A stretch of 63,752 bases of DNA, filler included, from an uncultured Methanosarcinales archaeon (GTDB taxonomy: Archaea > Nanobdellota > Nanobdellia > Woesearchaeales > CAYMBN01): assembly GCA_964388715.1 (NCBI GenBank). It is 6 parts of 4 records of this genome, joined end to end, with 100 filler letters (N's around TTAATTAATTAA, not from the genome) between each part and the next. Parts side by side here need not be neighbours in the genome. Positions count along the whole stretch, not along the records: positions 1 to 7,768 come from CAYMBN010000002.1; positions 7,869 to 39,258 come from CAYMBN010000004.1; 4 more parts are not named here. The stretch is one strand, 5' to 3'. This document shows positions 1 through 11,300 of the stretch, one piece after another (within the stretch, counting starts at the first letter, position 1; each line of letters starts with the position of its first letter). The notes beneath the pieces were generated by a model. The model was not told where the DNA came from, searched no databases, and saw nothing but the letters and a program-made list of their open reading frames with translations. A program made the position numbers and the translations under genes.

Positions 1-1200
1 AAAATTTATGATATGTTTACTGCTGCTGAAAATTCTTCATTTTTTGGTGTATCACAACAAAGATTAGGATTACAGCAAGATAAAGTTAGTCAGTTCTTAG
101 CAACAATTGGTAAAATGGTTAAGGAATTGTTTCAGATTGTTAGAGAACTTAGAATTATTGATGAAAGAATGGATTATTATAAGGATAGTTATAATCCTGA
201 TAGAAGAAAAGCAGAACCTGCTGAGATTACACTAAAAGGCATTTTTATTGATATGGTTGAACAAGGTGCAAAGAATCCTAGTTCTGTGTATGGGATGGCA
301 CGTGAATTACAATTTGTTACTCTTCCTGATTTGTTTTTTTCAACTCATCCAAGGAAAGCAGATGATGTTGAAGATATGGTTGATAACCTTAAATTTAATA
401 GAAAAGTAAGAGAAGTGTTGAAAAGAAAACTTTATGGTTTTTTAAGATGGAAAGAGAATACATTTAAAGAAATTAAAAATAGAAGAAGGTTTACTATAAA
501 GTATCTTAGACAACATTATGATATAATTAAAATGTACATGAATTGGGTAAGACCTTACTTAAGAAATATACAAAGGTTAACCATGGATGAAAAATGGGTT
601 AAGAGTCCTCATCTTATAAGTGCTTTTGAAGGTAGTATAATTGAGATAGAATTTCTTGCAAAAAGATTTCCTTTTAATGAAAAAGAAGGTAAATATTTTA
701 AAAAAGTTTTTGGTGTGATTATTGCTCATTTTATTTACAGAACAAGGCCACACATGTCTTTTCAACAGGAAGGTTATCAACGTGGACCAGGGCATTTTGG
801 TAGGATTGTTATGGAGCTTAGGTCATATGCGTGGACACAAGAAGAAATTGATTTATACAAACAATTGAAAGTGCAGGAAGATTTTGAATTAATGAAAAGT
901 ATAAGTGCTTCTGTTGAAGCTGCTTATACTGCATTAGGTGATGACTTGCAGAATTATTTAGAGGAAGCTGGTGAAAGATTTCCAGGAAGAAAAAGTGGAG
1001 CAAAAGAAGGAAAAAAGAAGGGTAGAAAAAGGCCAAAAAGTGGTTTTTTTAGAAGTGCAGCGTCAGTAGCAAAAAAGAAGAGTTCAGAAGAAAAAGCACT
1101 AATTAAAGCTGAGAGGAGTAAAGCTCAAGGAGATGCTACTGAAATTATGTTTAATGGCTATAAGAATTTTAAGAAAGGGCATGGATTAGTAGCATGGTAA
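1..1200 (+). CDS. Hypothetical protein, probably 5'-truncated by the window edge
   Basis: 395+ aa ORF, frame open to position 1; no recognised motif; Lys-rich C-terminus. Confidence 0.7.
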   Translation, partial: KIYDMFTAAENSSFFGVSQQRLGLQQDKVSQFLATIGKMVKELFQIVRELRIIDERMDYYKDSYNPDRRKAEPAEITLKGIFIDMVEQGAKNPSSVYGMARELQFVTLPDLFFSTHPRKADDVEDMVDNLKFNRKVREVLKRKLYGFLRWKENTFKEIKNRRRFTIKYLRQHYDIIKMYMNWVRPYLRNIQRLTMDEKWVKSPHLISAFEGSIIEIEFLAKRFPFNEKEGKYFKKVFGVIIAHFIYRTRPHMSFQQEGYQRGPGHFGRIVMELRSYAWTQEEIDLYKQLKVQEDFELMKSISASVEAAYTALGDDLQNYLEEAGERFPGRKSGAKEGKKKGRKRPKSGFFRSAASVAKKKSSEEKALIKAERSKAQGDATEIMFNGYKNFKKGHGLVAW

Positions 1201-1209
1201 ATTATAAAA

Positions 1210-1830
1210 ATGGCGAAAAGTGGTTTTGAAAAATTAAAGGAATTACCGCCTGAAGAACGAATAAAAAAATTAAAAGAAATTGAGGAAGAAAGTAAAAAAG
1301 AGATTGAAAAAGCGCATAAACTTCTTAAGACAAGTGAAGAAGAATTAGAAATGAAAAAAGAGGAGAAACGTAAAATTCCTATACCTCAATTAAGATCAAT
1401 TGATATTGATGCTTTATTTTCACAAGAAGAAAAGGATCTTTTTAAAGTTAAAAGGTTTATTGCAGAAAGAAAAAAAGAGGAAGAAGTTAAAGAGAAACCA
1501 CTTGAACAGACTGTTGCAGAGACTCAATTAGATCTTACGCCTGAGCAGGTTCAACAGATTCAGGTTGAGTATGGGCTTAAGCGTGACACAGAGATGGCTA
1601 ACATTTATAACAGAGTAAGAGATATTTATAATCAAGCTAAGGAAACAGGTTATGTCTCACCTGATCAAATGAAACAACTTACTGCTGCGGTTTATGCAAT
1701 AGGAGAAAAACAGCAGGATATGCAAACCGGAAATTATCCTAGTGCAGGTGAAAATGTTATGAAGCAGATTGGTGTTGTATACGAGATGAAGAAAAAGTTA
1801 GAAGATCGTTGGACATATCAATCAAGATAA
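1210..1830 (+). CDS. Hypothetical protein, charged/coiled-coil N-terminus
   Basis: 206 aa ORF tightly spaced between neighbours. Confidence 0.7.
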   Translation: MAKSGFEKLKELPPEERIKKLKEIEEESKKEIEKAHKLLKTSEEELEMKKEEKRKIPIPQLRSIDIDALFSQEEKDLFKVKRFIAERKKEEEVKEKPLEQTVAETQLDLTPEQVQQIQVEYGLKRDTEMANIYNRVRDIYNQAKETGYVSPDQMKQLTAAVYAIGEKQQDMQTGNYPSAGENVMKQIGVVYEMKKKLEDRWTYQSR

Positions 1831-1846
1831 ACAAAAGAGAGGTAAA

Positions 1847-3895
1847 ATGATATTTAATCAAGGATATTATCATGTTATGGATCGTGGTTATGATAGTTCT
1901 CCTGCTCAGGAAGGTTCTGATACTAATGATGTTGGATTAAGTATTAAAGAAATTGGTCAAGGACTTCCAATGGGTATTGCAGCTAATAATGTACATGGTG
2001 TTGCTTCTAAAATAAGAATGGGTGTTGGATCAATGGAAATACAATTCCCTGGAGCTGTTCGTTCTAATAGACAATCTCATACACCTGGTGTTTATGGGAA
2101 AGATCAAAGAGTTGCGATGGAAGAATTAACAAGGATAAATGAAGTTAAGTTAACAACTCACGCTAGTTTTGGTATTATGGGTCTTGCAGGAGTTGATCAG
2201 CAAGGTAATTTTAATAAAGAACATAGAAAAATTCTTACTGATGAAGTTAAGCGTGCAATTGATTTTGCAGCTGATGCTGCACATGGTGGTTCTGTTGTTG
2301 TTCATACTGGTGAATATGAAAGACCTATTTCTGAAGAAGCTTGGGCAGAAGGTGGTAAAAAGTTTAGGCATTATGATGAAGAAGCTGAAAGAGCAACAAT
2401 ACGTGTTGTTGATAGAAGGAATGGAAGAGTAATTCAAGATGTTAAAAAGAATCAGAAAGTGACTGTTGCTGAATGGAGAAAAGCAGATAAATCTTATATG
2501 GCTAAGTATCAAGAAGGTGATTTTGACAAGTTATGTGGAAAACAAGTTATGATTAAAAAAGGAGATTATATTGATTATGAAGGTAATAAAATTATTGATC
2601 CGCTTAATGTTGAACATGGTCGTTTGCCAGAGTATAATGTTAAAACAGGTCGTTTTAATGTAAAGTTAAGGGATTGGCAATATTTTGTAGATGAGTCAAA
2701 AGAATGGAATCGATTAATGGAAGAAAAAAAAGGTAGACCATTAACATATGATGAAAAAATGACCCCTGAGGAAAGGTATATTAGGTCAACACTTGAAACA
2801 AGAGAAGGTTATGCACGTGGTTGGGCTTTACAATTTAGCGTTGGGATGAAAGAGAATATTGAGAATATTAGAGAATTAAGAAAGTTAAGAGCTCATTATC
2901 AACAACTTGATCAAAATCTTCCTGAAGATGAAAAATGGAAAATTATGATGCGTGATCAAAAGTATGGTAAAGCAGGGCAATTATTACCTCCTAAAACAAA
3001 GAATCCTTTAGAAGTTATTGATAAAGCAATATGGGAAGAAGAACGTAATCTTGCTTACCACCAGCAGTCAGGTTTATCACAAGAAAAAGAAGCGCATGAT
3101 TCAAGAGAACAGCAGGAAAATATATTGAGTGCAAGGAAATATGCACTTAAAGAAGCAAAAAAAGCTTATGCAGATGCTGCAATGCATGCTTATGACTTAA
3201 CACAAAAAAGAAAGCATGAATTGGATAAACCAATTTTTCTTACTTTAGAAAATATTTTTCCTGAAAGGTATGGTGGTCATCCTCAAGAACTTAAAAATTT
3301 GATAATGCTTTCAAGGCAGGAAATGGCTAAGAAATTACGACAAGAAAGAGGGTTAAATGAGAAGCAGGCAAGAGATGCTGCAGCAGTACATATCAAAGCT
3401 ACAATTGATACTGGACATTTTAATATATGGCGAAAATATTTTAGAGGGTCTGATGAAGAGTTTAAAAGTTGGTTAGTTAATCAAGTAGAAGATCTTGCTA
3501 AGAATAAATTGATTGGTAATGTACACTTAACTGATAATTTTGGTTATCAGGATGACCATTTGGCACCTGGGCAAGGTACTGCTCCTAACAAAGAAATTGT
3601 TAAAGTGTTGAAAAAACATGGTTATGATGAAGCTTATACTATTGAACCTGGTGCAGATGCAACAACTGATTTAAGTGATTTTCATGGTTTAATGAAAACT
3701 TGGAGACATTTTGGTAACAGTGTTTATGGTATTGGTGGTGGAGGTGGCGGACCTACCAGAGTTGGTGCCCCTTCACGACAATGGACAGATATTCAATATT
3801 CTTACTTTGGTCAGAACAGACCACCTTATTTTGTCTTTGGTGGATATGTGCCTTCACAAGATTGGACTCTTTGGAGTCAGGTTCCGATGGAATGA
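1847..3895 (+). CDS. Xylose isomerase/AP-endonuclease-2-like TIM-barrel protein with a large insertion
   Basis: TTHA, VVVHTGE, LENIFP, TIDTGH, VHLTDN..DDHLAPGQG and TIE motifs; SD GAGGT upstream. Confidence 0.7.
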   Translation: MIFNQGYYHVMDRGYDSSPAQEGSDTNDVGLSIKEIGQGLPMGIAANNVHGVASKIRMGVGSMEIQFPGAVRSNRQSHTPGVYGKDQRVAMEELTRINEVKLTTHASFGIMGLAGVDQQGNFNKEHRKILTDEVKRAIDFAADAAHGGSVVVHTGEYERPISEEAWAEGGKKFRHYDEEAERATIRVVDRRNGRVIQDVKKNQKVTVAEWRKADKSYMAKYQEGDFDKLCGKQVMIKKGDYIDYEGNKIIDPLNVEHGRLPEYNVKTGRFNVKLRDWQYFVDESKEWNRLMEEKKGRPLTYDEKMTPEERYIRSTLETREGYARGWALQFSVGMKENIENIRELRKLRAHYQQLDQNLPEDEKWKIMMRDQKYGKAGQLLPPKTKNPLEVIDKAIWEEERNLAYHQQSGLSQEKEAHDSREQQENILSARKYALKEAKKAYADAAMHAYDLTQKRKHELDKPIFLTLENIFPERYGGHPQELKNLIMLSRQEMAKKLRQERGLNEKQARDAAAVHIKATIDTGHFNIWRKYFRGSDEEFKSWLVNQVEDLAKNKLIGNVHLTDNFGYQDDHLAPGQGTAPNKEIVKVLKKHGYDEAYTIEPGADATTDLSDFHGLMKTWRHFGNSVYGIGGGGGGPTRVGAPSRQWTDIQYSYFGQNRPPYFVFGGYVPSQDWTLWSQVPME

Positions 3896-3930
3896 GAAAA
3901 TATTAAAACAATTATAAAATTATCTTCTTT

Positions 3931-4467
3931 ATGCATAAGAAATTTGAGTTAATTAATAAAGAATATGATGAATTCTATAAGTCATTAGCTGAGGAAGGTG
4001 GTGGGGTGTTTGTTCTTGATACTTCACATGGGATATGGGGGACAATGAGTGCTAAAAGTGTGTTTGATTTTTTTCAAAAAGTAGGATTGGGGAAGTTTAA
4101 GAGTTTTCTTGACTTAGGAAGCGGTGATGGTAAGATTGCTTTGATTGCTTCGCTTTTTACAAATGCAACAGGTATTGAAGGTGATAAGGGTTTGTTTAAT
4201 ACAAGTATTAAGATGAGAAGTAAGCTTGTACTTGATTGTGAATTGGTTCATGGTGATTATCTTGAACATGATTTAGGTAAGTATGATGTTATCTTTTGTA
4301 ATCCTGATAAACCTTTTTATCATGGGCTTGAAACAAAATTAATTAAAGAGTTTAAAGGTGTATTGTTTGTTTATAATGATATATTTTTACCAAGATTTCT
4401 TAAGAAGAAAAAGGTTTATCGAATTGAGCAGATGACCATTAATGAATATAGGGTTAACTGTGCATAG
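3931..4467 (+). CDS. Class I SAM-dependent methyltransferase
   Basis: Motif I FLDLGSGDG, then GIE, GDY and YDVIFCN. Confidence 0.8.
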   Translation: MHKKFELINKEYDEFYKSLAEEGGGVFVLDTSHGIWGTMSAKSVFDFFQKVGLGKFKSFLDLGSGDGKIALIASLFTNATGIEGDKGLFNTSIKMRSKLVLDCELVHGDYLEHDLGKYDVIFCNPDKPFYHGLETKLIKEFKGVLFVYNDIFLPRFLKKKKVYRIEQMTINEYRVNCA

Positions 4468-4583
4468 TGCCATGCCTGTAAAAAATACAAAAACTTAATT
4501 CTAATCATTATGGTTTTTGACAGTATTGTTTTACAATACGAATCCTTATTTTTTACAAAAAGATGGCAAAGGCACTATGCACA
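4459..4583. repeat. Long imperfect inverted repeat (MITE-like or hairpin)
   Basis: TGTGCATAGTGCC (4459-4471) / GGCACTATGCACA (4571-4583); inner TGTAAAAAATA (4477-4487) / TATTTTTTACA (4547-4557). Confidence 0.75.
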
Positions 4584-4646
4584 AGTGTTAAGTAATAACA
4601 TTTATATATTCTTACAGTTATTATTATATAAAAAAGAGGGAATATT

Positions 4647-7313
4647 ATGGATTATTATGCTGCTAAAGTTAGTGATGTTCTTAAGGAATTGAAGAGTTCT
4701 AAAAATGGTTTAACAGATAAGGAAGCTAAGAAAAGATTACTTAAGTATGGTGCAAATGAATTAGAAAAAGCAAAAGGAACAACCGCACTTAAGATTTTTC
4801 TGGATCAGTTTAAGAATGGACTTATTTTATTGCTTATTTTTGCTGGGATATTATCATTGTTTCTTAAACAGAATGTTGAGGCAGTTGCAATATATTTTAT
4901 TGTGTTATTAAATGCAATATTGGGTTTTGTTCAGGAGTATAGGGCAGAGAAAGCTTTGGAAGAACTTAAAAAAATGTCTGCACCAACTGCTAAGGTGTTA
5001 AGACATGGGAAAGAGATGAAGGTTCCTGCAAAAGAAATTGTACCTGGAGATATTCTCATGCTTGAAGCAGGTGATATTGTTGCAGCTGATTCAAGATTGA
5101 TAGAAGTTTCGAGTCTTAAGATTGATGAAGCTTCTTTAACAGGAGAGTCTGTTCCATCGAAAAAGGTTATTAATTCATTTAAACCTGGAACATCTGTAGC
5201 TGATCAGGAAAATATGGCTTTTATGGGAACTGTTGTTACATATGGTAAAGGAAAAAGTGTTGTCACAGGTACTGGAATGAAAACTGAATTTGGAAAGATT
5301 GCTACTTCATTGCAAACAACAAAGACTGTTAAAACTCCTTTACAAATTAAGTTTGAACAGTTAGCAAAACAACTTGGGATAATTGCTGTTTCTCTTGTTG
5401 TTATTTTGTTTATAGTTGGGGTATTGCAAGGTTCATTTTCTTTTAGTGAGATGGTTTTATTTGCATTAGCTGTTACTGTTTCAACTGTACCAAACTCTTT
5501 GCCATTGGTTGTGACAGTTGGATTATCTTTAGGAACAAAGAAGCTTGCTAAACATAATATGCTTATTAAAAAGCTTCCTGCTGCAGAAAGTTTAGGAGCT
5601 GTAACTATCATTTGTTCTGATAAAACTGGAACTATTACAAAAAATCAGATGACTGTCACAAAAGTTTTTTATAATAATCAAGTGATTGATGTTAGTGGAG
5701 CAGGTTATAATCCTACAGGTAATTTTAGTGTTAGTGGTAAACAAATTAATGCTAAAAGATTAGAATTATTATTAAGAATCGGTTATTTATGTAATAATGC
5801 AGAATTAGTTAAGAATGAAGGGAAATTTGATATTATTGGTGATCCTACAGAAGGTTCTTTGGTTGTTCTAGGAAGAAAAGGTAAATTTGATGATAAAAAT
5901 TTTTTACTTATCGACGAGCTTCCGTTTGATTCTGATAGGAAGCGGATGACTGTGATATTTAATAATAAAATAAATAAGAAGAAAGAAGCTTATGTTAAAG
6001 GTGCACCTGATCTTCTTTTGAAGTTTTGTACTAAGATAATTGAAAATGGAAAAGTAAGAAAGATTACGAAGAAAGATAAACAAAGAATTCTTAAAATGAA
6101 TAATGGTTTTGCAAAAGATGCATTACGTGTTCTTGGATTTGCATATAGGGATGTTTCTAATTTGAAAAAATATTCTATAACAAGTGTAGAAAAGGATTTG
6201 GTTTTTGTTGGACTTGTTGGAATGATTGATCCTCCTAGAAAGGAGATTAAAAAAGCAGTTAGTCAGTGTAAAAATGCTGGTATTGATGTTATGGTTATTA
6301 CTGGTGATCACGCAATTACAACACAGGCAGTAGCAAAACAAGTTGGATTGTTTAGTAAAGGAGATATCATACTTACAGGTGAAGAGATTGAAAATATGAA
6401 TGATGAAGAACTTATCAAACAAATTGATCAAGTAAGAATTGTTGCAAGAGCATTACCTATACAAAAATTAAGAATAGTTAATGCTTTGCAAAAGAAAGGA
6501 CATATTGTTGCGATGACTGGTGATGGTGTGAATGATGCTCCTGCACTTAAAAAATCTGATATTGGTATTGCAATGGGTATTACTGGTACAGATGTTGCAA
6601 AAGAGGTTTCAGAAGCAACCCTTGTTGATGATAATTTTGCGTCAATTGTGAGGGCAATTGGTGTTGGAAGGGATATTTATAATAAAATGATTAAGTCTGC
6701 GAAATATCTTTTATCTTGTAATGGTGGAGAAATAACTTCAGTGTTTATTGCAATAATGCTTAAGTTTCCATTACCTTTACTTCCACTTCAAATATTGTTA
6801 ATGAGCATACTTACTGATGATTTTCCTGCCTTAGGTTTGGGGTTGGAATCTGCTGAAGAAGGGATTATGGATCAAAAACCAAGAGATCCTAAAGAAAAAC
6901 CACTTACATCTAGGATAGTTTTGTCAATTGTTATTTTTGGACTAATTATGGGTTTAGGAACATTGTTTATGTTTGTGCAGTATAAAAATATTGATTTAAG
7001 TAAAGCACAGACAGTTGCGTTTACAACATTGGTAATGTTTCAGATGTTTGCTGTTATAAGTAGTAGAACTTTGCATAGTTCGCTTAAACATCTTAATCCT
7101 TTTTCAAATATGTGGTTATTTGGTGCAGTATGTTTATCAATAATAATTCAATTATTAGTTGTTTATGTACCATTTTTACAGACTGTTTTTGGTACAACAT
7201 CTTTATTATTGATTGATTGGATTAAGATTATTGCGATTGCAAGTTTAGGGTTTATAATGATGGAATTAAGTAAGATTATTGGGTTTAGAAAGAAAAGTGT
7301 TGTAACTGCATAA
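4647..7313 (+). CDS. P-type ATPase, type IIA-like cation transporter
   Basis: TGES, CSDKTGT, KGAP, MITGD and TGDGVND motifs; multiple TM helices; M4 reads PNSLP. Confidence 0.93.
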   Translation: MDYYAAKVSDVLKELKSSKNGLTDKEAKKRLLKYGANELEKAKGTTALKIFLDQFKNGLILLLIFAGILSLFLKQNVEAVAIYFIVLLNAILGFVQEYRAEKALEELKKMSAPTAKVLRHGKEMKVPAKEIVPGDILMLEAGDIVAADSRLIEVSSLKIDEASLTGESVPSKKVINSFKPGTSVADQENMAFMGTVVTYGKGKSVVTGTGMKTEFGKIATSLQTTKTVKTPLQIKFEQLAKQLGIIAVSLVVILFIVGVLQGSFSFSEMVLFALAVTVSTVPNSLPLVVTVGLSLGTKKLAKHNMLIKKLPAAESLGAVTIICSDKTGTITKNQMTVTKVFYNNQVIDVSGAGYNPTGNFSVSGKQINAKRLELLLRIGYLCNNAELVKNEGKFDIIGDPTEGSLVVLGRKGKFDDKNFLLIDELPFDSDRKRMTVIFNNKINKKKEAYVKGAPDLLLKFCTKIIENGKVRKITKKDKQRILKMNNGFAKDALRVLGFAYRDVSNLKKYSITSVEKDLVFVGLVGMIDPPRKEIKKAVSQCKNAGIDVMVITGDHAITTQAVAKQVGLFSKGDIILTGEEIENMNDEELIKQIDQVRIVARALPIQKLRIVNALQKKGHIVAMTGDGVNDAPALKKSDIGIAMGITGTDVAKEVSEATLVDDNFASIVRAIGVGRDIYNKMIKSAKYLLSCNGGEITSVFIAIMLKFPLPLLPLQILLMSILTDDFPALGLGLESAEEGIMDQKPRDPKEKPLTSRIVLSIVIFGLIMGLGTLFMFVQYKNIDLSKAQTVAFTTLVMFQMFAVISSRTLHSSLKHLNPFSNMWLFGAVCLSIIIQLLVVYVPFLQTVFGTTSLLLIDWIKIIAIASLGFIMMELSKIIGFRKKSVVTA

Positions 7314-7347
7314 AACATATAAATAATGAGTTTCTTCTTTTACTAAA

Positions 7348-7768
7348 ATGGTTAATTTAATAATAATTCATGGTGTAGGTGCGACTCCTCAGAGTAATTG
7401 GTTTCAATGGTTAAAGAAGGAGATGGAAGATCTGTCTATTAAAGTTCATATACCACAGTTTCCAACTCCTGAAAATCAATCACTGGAAAATTGGTTATTA
7501 GAGTTTAAAAAATATGAGCAATATCTTGATGACAATACTGTTTTAGTAGGACATTCACTTGGTTGTGCTTTTATTCTTAATGTTTTAGAAAGACTTGACA
7601 AGAAAATCAAAGCTGCAATATTAGTTGCTGGTTTTATTGGGAAGCTTAATATTGATAGATTTGATAGTGTCAACAAAACATTTTGTGAGAAAGAGTTTAA
7701 TTGGAACAAAATTAATGAAAATTGTAAGAATTTTGTTGTGATTAATTCTGAGAATGATCCTTATGTGC
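7348..7768 (+). CDS. RBBP9/YdeN-like alpha/beta hydrolase, 3'-truncated
   Basis: IIHG, WFQWL, GHSLG nucleophile elbow, SENDPYV; runs into the contig spacer. Confidence 0.85.
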
Positions 7769-7868
7769 NNNNNNNNNNNNNNNNNNNNNNNNNNNNNNNN
7801 NNNNNNNNNNNNTTAATTAATTAANNNNNNNNNNNNNNNNNNNNNNNNNNNNNNNNNNNNNNNNNNNN
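7769..7868. other. Artificial contig spacer
   Basis: N44-TTAATTAATTAA-N44, stops in all six frames. Confidence 0.97.
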
Positions 7869-7869
7869 A

Positions 7870-8379
7870 ATGGATAAAGTAGACTCAAACCTTTATTATT
7901 ATGACTGGAACATACCTAAAACATTTGAAGATGGAACTTATCCAATTAATATAACCTTCACAGACCCACTTGGAAACACAAAAACAAAAAACACTTCAAT
8001 CTTAATTTACACTTGGGAATCAGGAATTAACATAACTGATTTTATTGTTCACCCAGGTTATCAATATTATATACTAGAAGAAGAACCTCTTACTTACAAA
8101 ACAAATGATAGAGATATTACTATTGAAGGTTTTGTTTCAACAGACTCTTCTATTGAATCAGTTTATTATAAACATGGATGTAAAGAAGAACAAACAGCAG
8201 TTTTAGATGATAATAATCACTTTAATATAAATATCATTTTGTCAGGTATTGATGGTGAAGAAACACAAACATATGTAACATTAAGAGCAAAAAAGACATC
8301 TACTCAAGAAATAAACAAAACAATTTCAGTTATCCTTGATAAAAAACCACCACAAGTTCAACAAAGCATTATAGAATAA
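7870..8379 (+). CDS. C-terminal part of an Ig-like surface protein, 5'-truncated
   Basis: DGTYPINITFTDPLGN and LDKKPP Ig-like motifs; begins at contig edge. Confidence 0.65.
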   Translation: MDKVDSNLYYYDWNIPKTFEDGTYPINITFTDPLGNTKTKNTSILIYTWESGINITDFIVHPGYQYYILEEEPLTYKTNDRDITIEGFVSTDSSIESVYYKHGCKEEQTAVLDDNNHFNINIILSGIDGEETQTYVTLRAKKTSTQEINKTISVILDKKPPQVQQSIIE

Positions 8380-8387
8380 GAATTAAC

Positions 8388-11300
8388 ATGAAACTTAAAA
8401 AAATAATATGGATCTTTGTATTACTTTCTTTAATACTTAATTGTGCTGCTTTAACAATCCAAACATCTACACCAACAATTAAAGTATATTATGATGAAGA
8501 AGTTATTATTATCAACAAAAACCTAACAAATGATCTTAATAATGAAAGCTATGCACTATCACAAACAACACAAGATAACAAAACATTTGAATTTACCCCA
8601 ATATATGCTTTATCAAATGGAAATCATACATTTAAATTAGAAGCAAAAGATATTTTTGGTAATATAGCAGATGAGTACATATTAAAATTTACAATAAATG
8701 CACCATTCATAAACATAAAACTACACCAACCTAAGTTTGGTGTTTCAGATCACTTACCTTTTGACGTTATAATTAACACATCTCAGATTGCAATATGTAA
8801 ATATGCAATTAATCCTAATTATCTCTACAGTGAAATGATTTTTTTTACACAAACAAATAATTACACTCACAAAATATCAAACTTTAATATCCGTGAATCA
8901 AAACTTTATATTAAATGTAAAGATGAACTTAACAGAATAAACGAAAATCAACCAGTTATTTTTGACATTAGTTATGATAACACAGCCCCAAAACTCACAC
9001 CTATTTTTGATCCAAATCCTATAATTGAACTCATTGATGATAGAGCTAGAACAAACCTAACACTAACAACAGATGATTTTGCCATATGTAAATATTCAAC
9101 ACAAAACATAAATTATTCTTCTATGGGTAGTAAGTTTGACAACTGGAACCCTTACAAACAAGAAAATTTTGTTAAAACACATTCTAAAGAATTTGATTTT
9201 TCCAATGATACAAAAAATTATGATTATTATTTTACATGTGAAAACTTAGCAGGACTTGTTTCTAATCCTGTTAAAAAAACACTTACAGTAAACACACAAA
9301 TTGGTTTAACCATTAAAGTTAACACACCTTCACCTACAAAAGAAACAAATATTACTTTAGATATTTCAACAAACAAAAGATCAAAATGTTCCTTTACTTT
9401 TAATAGTACTGAAACATTATTTCCAACTACACTAGCAAAACAACATTCTATTAACATTGGAACTTTTACAGCAGGATCACACAAATTTAACATAACCTGT
9501 TCTTCTGCAGGAGAAAAAGTTACTAAAGATTTTACACTTGTTATTGATTTAAGTGAACCTTCAAAAGTTATTTTTGATGAAGATTTAAAAGATTATACTT
9601 GTGAAAGATCAAACAATAGATGGAGAGTTAGAGCAGAATTTTCTGCTCAAGACAACGAATCAGGTATAGGTGCTTTCAACTATTCACTTTACCAAGGAAA
9701 TAATCTTATTTTTGGTTGGATAACAGCAACTGCACGTGGAGATAATACTTATGAAGCAGAAGTTGAAACAAACAATAATGGTGACGACTTAAACTTAACT
9801 CCAGGTAAAAAATATCATTTTAGAGCAATTGCAATGAATAAAGTAGGAATCTGGAATAGAGATATAGAAGAAAGTAGAGACATAACAGCTCTTGACAAAT
9901 TAGATGATAAATGCAGAGATACTAATCCTCCTGAAACATCAATAACAACAAAAAAAATAACAAATGGAGTAAATATAACAATTAATTGTTATGATAGAAA
10001 TCCTGGTTGTGATGATTCAGAAAGAACTTATGGGAGTAATCTTGTTCAAGGTTTATGTAGTGAAACAAGAGAATATCATGATCGCCCAATTACACTAATT
10101 GAATCAACTTACTTTTGTTGGAGAGTTTGTGACACTGTTAACAATTGTAAAACCGAAATTCAATATGTTGATGTAAACGCAATGTTAAATGATGCAGATA
10201 ATGATGGTATTGCAGATGATTCTGACAATTGTGCAAACACTCCAAGTGATGAAGTTGCTGTTAAAAATGGTTGTTCGTGCTCACAACTAGATGAAGATAA
10301 GGACAATGTTAACAATTGCAAAGATGAATGTCCAAGAACCCCTTTAGCTGAGACAGACAAAGTTAATAACAAAGGTTGTGCACCTTCAGAAAGAGATTCA
10401 GATGGTGATGGTATGCCTGATAATTGGGAAAAATTATATGATCTTGATCCATATGACCCAAATGATCGTGATGAAGACCTTGATAATGATGGTTCTACTA
10501 ATTATGAAGAATACCGTGAAGGAACAGATCCAACAGATCCAAACTCAACACCAGCTATTGATTCTGATAGTGATGGTATTGTAGATAATAAAGATAAATG
10601 TCCAAACACACCTTTTGACGAACTAGCAAATGAAGATGGTTGTTCAGTATCACAAGTAGATACTGACCAAGATGGAATACCTGATGTTTGGGAAACACAA
10701 AATAATCTTGACCCAAATAATCCAGAAGATGCATACTTTGATAATGATGGTGAAGGACTTCTTAATATAGAAGAATATCAATATTCAACAAATCCTAATA
10801 ATGAAGATACAGATGGGGACAAATTTGATGATAAAAGAGAAATTGATGCAGGTACAGATCCAAATGATCCCAATTCAAAACCCGAAGGAGGAAGCATTTT
10901 ATCCGGTATTGTTTCAGTTTTAGGCACATTATCAATATTAGGTGGAGGAGGTTATTTGGGTTATGAAAAATATTTTGGAAAGAAAAAAGTATTAATGACT
11001 TCACCCACTACTAAAAAAACAATAATACCTCAACAAATAATTAAAAGAACTACAATCAAAAAACCATTACAATCAAAAACAAAAACCAGACAAAGACCAT
11101 TACAATTGTTAAAAAGAAAAAAATTAACCAAAGAAAAGAAAGTTACAGAAAGGTCAAAATTATTTGATGTATTTGGTAAAACATCACCTTCAAAAAAACT
11201 AAAAATAACACAAACAAAGAAACCAATCCTCAAAAGAATAACAAAACCAACCAAAAAATTAAATAAAATTAAAAACATTTTTGTTAGGCCAGCACAGAAA

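Noticed and set aside
4459..4583. GGCACT arms as IS6-family terminal repeats
   Set aside because: The arms face outward relative to IS6 ends, similarity is short, and there is no transposase.
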